From Phallusia mammillata (taxonomy: Eukaryota), in assembly GCA_965637545.1 (NCBI GenBank), contig OZ281495.1, positions 20,026,001 through 20,090,000 on the forward strand: DNA of 64,000 bases, written 5' to 3'. The position numbers and the translations under genes are program-made. Positions within the stretch are counted from its first letter, which is position 1. Each line of letters opens with the position of its first letter. Shown here in pieces: positions 58,401 through 64,000 of this stretch. A model generated the notes under the pieces. That model was not told the DNA's origin. It searched no databases and saw only the letters and a list, made by a program, of their open reading frames with translations.

Positions 58401-61400
58401 TATGAATTGCCGCTTCCCTGGAGACACGACCACCAAATTATGCCTGACAACTTTAAAATGGCGACAAAACGGTTAGGCTGCCTAAGACGCCGTCTAGCAA
58501 GGGATGACGAGATGATGTCGAAATATGGAGAGCAAATGCAAGCCACAATTGACAAGGGGTATGCTGAAGAAATTTCTACAGAGGAATTAGGTACTAATCA
58601 ACGCGTTTGGTACATTCCCCATCACGGTGTTGTAAATCCCAGCAAGCCAGGTAAACTCCGCGTTGTATTTGATTGCGCTGCTCAATATCGTGGCTTGTCA
58701 CTCAATCAGGCTCTGATGCAAGGCCCCGACTTTGTAAATAGTTTAGTCGGTGTGCTGTTGCGATTTCGCAAGGAACCTATTGCTCTTGTGGCCGATATTG
58801 AAGCCATGTTTTATCAAGTTCGTGTGGCTCCGCGTGACCGCGATTGCCTACGTTTTTTATGGTGGCCAGGAGGCGATCTGTCAAGGGCCCCAACTCCGCA
58901 CAGAATGAAGGTTCACCTGTTTGGCGCAGCTTCGTCCCCGAGCTGTGCTGCATTTTGTTTGCGACAAGCTGCCAGTGAATTTGAACCGCTTGTCGCGTCT
59001 ACCGTGGAAAGAAACTTTTATGTGGACGATTGTCTCACGTCGGTTTCGGATGTTAGCACTGGTCTGGAACTCGTTGCAGGACTGCGCTCCCTGCTTGCGA
59101 AAGGCGGGTTTCGATTGACCAAGTGGCTATCCAACAGCAAGGAAATTCTGGATAGTTTACCGGCTGAGGAGCTGTCCAAGTCTCTGTTGACGCACCCCCT
59201 AGATGCAGATCTACAGGAGCGGGTGCTTGGTGTCCATTGGAGTGTTCAAGCCGATGAGTTTAACTTCACGGTTTCTTTGCCGGTCAAACAGTGGTAGTGG
59301 AAGCACGGTTGATCTACCGAAGTTTATGTCAGCAAGAAATCGAGTGGGACGAGGAAATGCCGCCAAAGGACCTACGGAAATGGGAAAGGTGGTTATTCAG
59401 GTTATCAAGTCTACGCGACATCAGTATCCCGCGTTCGTTTAACTTGCACGCCTACGACAATACACAAGAAAGCCGATTGCATGTATTTTCCGATGCATCG
59501 AAGGAAGCATATTTTACCTGCGCTCTACAAGAAAGGACTCTGTCACGTGTACTCTCGTCATGAGTAAATCTCGACTGGCCCCTCAAGGAGAAGTTTCCAT
59601 TCCTCGGCTTGAACTAATGGCTGCTGTTACTGCTGTGAAGATGGAGCAGACAATCAAGGGGGAACTAGGGTTAGATCTGCGTCCGTCAATATTTTGGACG
59701 GATTCTTCTGTGGTGTTGCAAAGCATACACAACGATCGACGAAGATTTCCGCTTTTTGTATCCCGTCGGCTTGCTTTCATTGAGAAAAATACGTGCACTC
59801 GGAACTGGAAGCACGTGCCGACAAAACAGAATCCGGCTGACCTGGCGTCTCGGGGTGCACCAGCTGATACTCTTGCAAAGTCGGATATGTGTTTTTTTGG
59901 TCCAGTGTTTCTGAAAGATGAGCCTGCAAAGTGGCCGAATATGTTCGAGAAACAGGACGTCGAGGTCAATGCTAATGTGTTTGAGAAGAAACCTGCTGAA
60001 ATATTTACGGTTGTGGAGTCTGCTTGCCCAATGGACCGACTGTTAATGAGGTTTTCTTTTCTATACAAGTTAAAGTCTGCAGTCGCTTGGATGCTGCGCT
60101 TTAAATCTTATTTGTTACAAAGAGTGCGGCGCCAACCTCAGCCAGTTTCAAACACGACTTTGACAGTTCATGAGTTAAGGCTTGCTGAGATGGAATTGGT
60201 CAAATATGTGCAAAGATGTCACTTTGCGCAATGGATGTTTGGCATGTCCGGAGAAGGAAGATTGAAAAAGATGACTAAGTCATCACCAATATTTCGATTG
60301 GATCCATTTCTTGTTGAGGGAGTTTTACGCGTTGGTGGGCGACTGGAGAAAGCCCCAGTTTCGTACGAGGCACGCCATCCACCGATTCTCCCTCACAACT
60401 CGTGTTTGACCGATATGATCATTACTGATTTCCACGAGCGTGTTGGTCACTCTGGATTGAATCACACATTGACGACTCTGAATCAACGTTTCTGGATCGT
60501 GGGGGGAGCAGTTGCCGTTCGCCGCGCGTTAAGTCGTTGCCTGAAGTGCCGACACCGCGATGCCAAGCCCGCGAAGCAGCTGATGTCTGAACTCCCACCT
60601 GCTCGTTTACAAATGAACGTCCATCCATTCGCTTATACTGGTGTTGATTATTTTGGCCCTCTGCTAGTCAAACGAGGGCGCAGCGAAGTGAAAAGATATG
60701 GATGCCTATTTACTTGCCTTACAACACGTGCAGTTCATTTGGAAGTTGCATGTGACTTGAGTACCGACGCCTTCGTCAACGCGCTCCGCCGCTTTGTTGC
60801 GCGACGAGGTGTGGTTTTGCACATGTACTCGGATAACGGCACCAACCTGGTTGGTGCGGAACGTGTTCTGAAGGATGGAATTCGAAACTGGAACCAGCAC
60901 CAGATCGAAGAACACTTGAAGCAGAAGGAAATACAATGGACCTTTAACCCGCCCAGCGCTAGTCACATGGGAGGAGCCTGGGAGCGGATGATCCGTTCGG
61001 CAAGACGCATACTTTCAGCTTTGGCAAACGAACGGACGCTCACTGATGATCAACTGCAAACTCTGCTGTCGGAAGTTGAATCAATTCTGAATTCTCGTCC
61101 TCTGACACCGGTCACCTTGGACGTTGATGATGAAACTCCACTTACCCCGAACCACTTGCTCAGGGTAAACCCTTTTGGTGGCCTTCCGCCGGCCGCTACA
61201 AATGACCGTGACTGTTATGCCCGCCAAGGTTGGCGCCACGTCCAATACCTTTCGGATCAGTTCTGGAAGCGCTGGTCGAGAGAATATTTGCGTACTATTA
61301 TCTCACGTCAAAAATGGCATGATGAGAAAAAGAATCTCCAAGTGAACGGCGTTGTTCTTTTGGTGGACAACGCATCCCCGAGATCGTCGTGGTCGATAGG

Positions 61401-62660
61401 AAGAATCGTCGCCGTCCATCCTGATGAGCATGGAGTCGTACGAAACGTCGAGGTTCGATCCAAGGGAAACTGTATTCGAAGGCCTATACACAAGTTGTGT
61501 TTAATTGTTCCTACTGATGAGAAAGTTCATGCGCAAGCGCATGACGACCCAGTGGCTATTGCTTCACCTGTAAACGAATTGTAAATGACATTTTGCGGTT
61601 GTGGTGTCTACTCGACGAGCGCGTCAAAATATTTTTGTGTTGCAAAATTGAACGTGAATGTGAACCACTTGTCAATTTTGGGGGGGAGTGTAAGAATTTA
61701 TCTGCGCTCTTATTAGTTGTTTATGGGACCTCATGTTATACGCTTCATTGCGCATTGCACAACAAACGCTTGATTGTTGCGTCACTCATGCGCATGCGCG
61801 AACTGTAGCGTGGTTGATATCATTTCCAAGTTAGTGTGTCAGGGTTTGTCTGTTTTTGCCCGTGTCGATTGGTTAGCGATTCGTATTCATGTTGTAATGC
61901 TGTCGTAGTTGTGTAAGCTAACTTGTCTAGATATATTATTGCAGCTGTGAAATATAGTGGCGAACTGTAAAGATTAATTGGATTGTATTTAACTGAAATT
62001 CAATTGGCGATCTTGTGATTCTGTGCATTGCTGTCGTGGTAAGCTTTCTTGCATATGTTTCTAACTTAAAGTGTTCGAATTTAATCTAACTTTGAATGTA
62101 AATATTACAGTTGTGACATCCGATCGCCTGTAAACTGCACAGTCGTGTTGACTGCAAGTACATATTGCTGGTGAGTGAATCGTATGTGCTGTGACGTCAT
62201 AATGCCTTATTCATGTGTGATATGTTATTTCAGTTTTGCCACTCACTGAGTTACCTCTGTGGGCCATTTCTCACAGTTAAAAAACTGCATGGCTACGTGA
62301 CTGACTTTTCTCGTATTCGCCGATTAAAGCATTTCATTTGAGAGTGTGCTGTCGGTGTTTTGGTGAAGTACACGGGGAGTAGTTACGTACATGCGGTAAT
62401 TACGGAGATTGCAGAGGTGACCTGTTACGCCGTCCGAAGAAGCTGCCACTTTTCCGAAAAGACTGCGTTACAAGTGTAATTAAAAGAATATCACTTGCGC
62501 AGAAATTTATCTGGCCCAACCAAACTTTTGTTAAAGCAGCTGTCGAAATTAACTACAGATACAGATTTATGAAACTATAACAGCATGCACAATGACTTTA
62601 GGGTTCAGCATGGCGTGTAAGCACAAAAAGTAAGGCAAACAAATATTACTTACTTTTCAT
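52477..62660 (-). CDS. UNC-93-like MFS protein, copy B: exons appear open, but intron 1 carries a 7.5-kb LTR element
   Basis: The coding exons match copy A with substitutions and no stop or frameshift was noticed. The ATG micro-exon (62660-62654) is separated from exon 2 (~54929) by the BEL insertion. Expression is unknown. Confidence 0.6.
54947..55729 (+). repeat. 5' LTR (783 bp)
   Basis: Differs from the 3' LTR at about 4 substitutions and 2 small indels by manual comparison. Confidence 0.95.
55755..61584 (+). pseudogene. Broken gag-pol polyprotein of the BEL/Pao element
   Basis: Split over ORFs 55875-57197, 57184-58125, 58059-59297, 59291-59563 and 59560-61584 by frameshifts and deletions. 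Confidence 0.88.
61689..62472 (+). repeat. 3' LTR (784 bp)
   Basis: Follows the polypurine tract, ends GCGTTACA and is followed by the TSD AGTGT. Confidence 0.95.
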
Positions 62661-63354
62661 TTCCGTGTTTAATGTTGTCTAGCCTTTGCTTGTTTCCTTT
62701 ACCTATACTTTTGTACTAGCCTGAAAGAACCCAATAAAAACTTAACCGATCTTATCCAAACAGAATTAACTCAATTTCATGTTTCTTGGCGGCTGTACAA
62801 AGTCGCCAAAGCTCGAAATCTATTGCTACCAATGTTAACAGCTGTTATAAATAGCCACCAATATTGAAAGGAGACATAAAAAAACGAAATGCAAAAAATC
62901 GCATACATTAGGACATCAACATCAATATTACAAGGCATATTTAGTTGTACGAAGGTAAATATATTTTGTGCGAAACTTTATGACCACGTCTAAGTGTAAG
63001 TGCACGACAAGGTGCTGAGATTGCAACTCTTCAAGACCTCAACATGTAGCAACAGTGTCATTTTTCATGTCAACGGCATGTTTTTGTCGTCAGTTTATAG
63101 CAGTGTCTAGTATAACGTCTGGTACAATCAAACTTAAGGCCTCTATGTTGCTTTGCGCACCAGAAAATTGCAAACGAACCCTTGAACAGCCCGAGACCAG
63201 CGGTCGCCAAACTACACCCCGGCCTGCGAAGGCATTTTATCCGCCCCTCGAAGGTATTTGGTCTTTATACATATTAAAAATATAGCTATACCGTTAAAAG
63301 TTAATTTACTGCAAACATAACCCCGGAACAACATACAGCAGTGAGTTCACCTAG

Positions 63355-63432
63355 TTTCACCATAGATATTATAAAGTATCTATGGTTTCACAGATAGTAT
63401 CTATGGTTTTTCTAGTATCTATGGTTTCACAG
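63355..63432 (+). repeat. Short local tandem expansion (GTATCTATGGTTT x3) specific to copy B
   Basis: Three GTATCTATGGTTT units at a site where copy A (~46903) reads only TTTCACAGACGC. Confidence 0.7.
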
Positions 63433-64000
63433 ACGCTTAAATATTGTACAATGGCAGTTTATTACATCACACGCAAGACTGCCTTCGTTATTATGCGCGA
63501 ACATAAGCTTTTCTTTTGTTAATTGAGATGGAATTAATGAGTATTGGCATTCGAAGGTAACTGATTTTAATTTGTTTGTCGGTAATAGATGATGAGGAAA
63601 TGCATGTAAAACGAATGTGCGTTTGTATTTGTACTAGCTCATTGTGAGCGAACGATACAAAATAAGCAGGTAAAACAATGTAAATCGTGACGTCATAAAC
63701 AGCTAAAGAGTGATGCAAACTGCTCAGTTTAGTTTATGGGTAAAGGTAAAAATCTTAAAGGCACGAGGATACGGGACATTATCAAATAAATCTTTTTTTT
63801 AAACAGTAATTTGTAAACAAACAGTTTAAGTACATTGGCTGCTTTTCATGAAATACGACTCTGTGATGCGGCCCTCGAATCGAAAAAAACTGATGGTAAT
63901 TTTGGCGTGAGCACCTCAGCCTGACGGTAGAGCTACTAACACGATACGTTTCTCCTGATCCAAAAGTGCTTAATTTTCGATAGGTGGCGTAAAGAGCTGA

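Larger units (their letters stand above)
54947..62472 (+). mobile_element. BEL/Pao LTR retrotransposon, full length but internally defective
   Basis: LTRs at 54947-55729 and 61689-62472 (TGTAA...TTACA), a 5-bp TSD AGTGT and a PPT GGGGGGAG before the 3' LTR. Internal domains run Gag (FDGDPMNYWSF, three Cys/His knuckles), protease (AFLDQGS), RT (FYVDD), RNase H (FSDAS) and integrase (HHCC, GVDYFG, SDNGTN, EVESILN), the BEL/Pao order. Confidence 0.96.

Noticed and set aside
59583-61493. Antisense ORFs inside the BEL pol region
   Set aside because: They are shadows of the integrase ORF, with no independent motifs.

Overview
AT-rich, intron-dense animal genomic DNA, most likely from an ascidian tunicate (inferred from short introns and a TSP1+tyrosinase 'tuphoxin'-type gene). 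Genes in the first 36 kb: the 5' end of a secreted or membrane LRR gene (-), UBA52/RPL40 (+), a signal-peptide/EGF/TSP1/type-3-copper phenoloxidase (-), a 4-Ig single-pass receptor (-), an intronless divergent Rab-GDI (+), a small putative axonemal protein (-), and, head-to-head with it, a ~1030-aa Sp17-like RIIa/IQ protein with a very long acidic tail (+). From ~36.1 kb to ~63.9 kb there is a tandem duplication of an ~11.3-kb three-gene block: a GH1 beta-glucosidase, a MYND-UBL-UBA protein and an UNC-93-like transporter. The copies have decayed reciprocally. GH1 is intact in copy A and broken in copy B. The MYND-UBL-UBA gene is hit by a MITE in A and intact in B. The UNC-93-like gene in B carries a young 7.5-kb BEL/Pao LTR retrotransposon beside its intron-1 acceptor. 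There are also many hAT and Tc1/mariner MITEs with exact TSDs and a foldback-like element built of 9- and 20-bp repeats. All gene models were spliced by hand and have not been checked against transcripts or databases.
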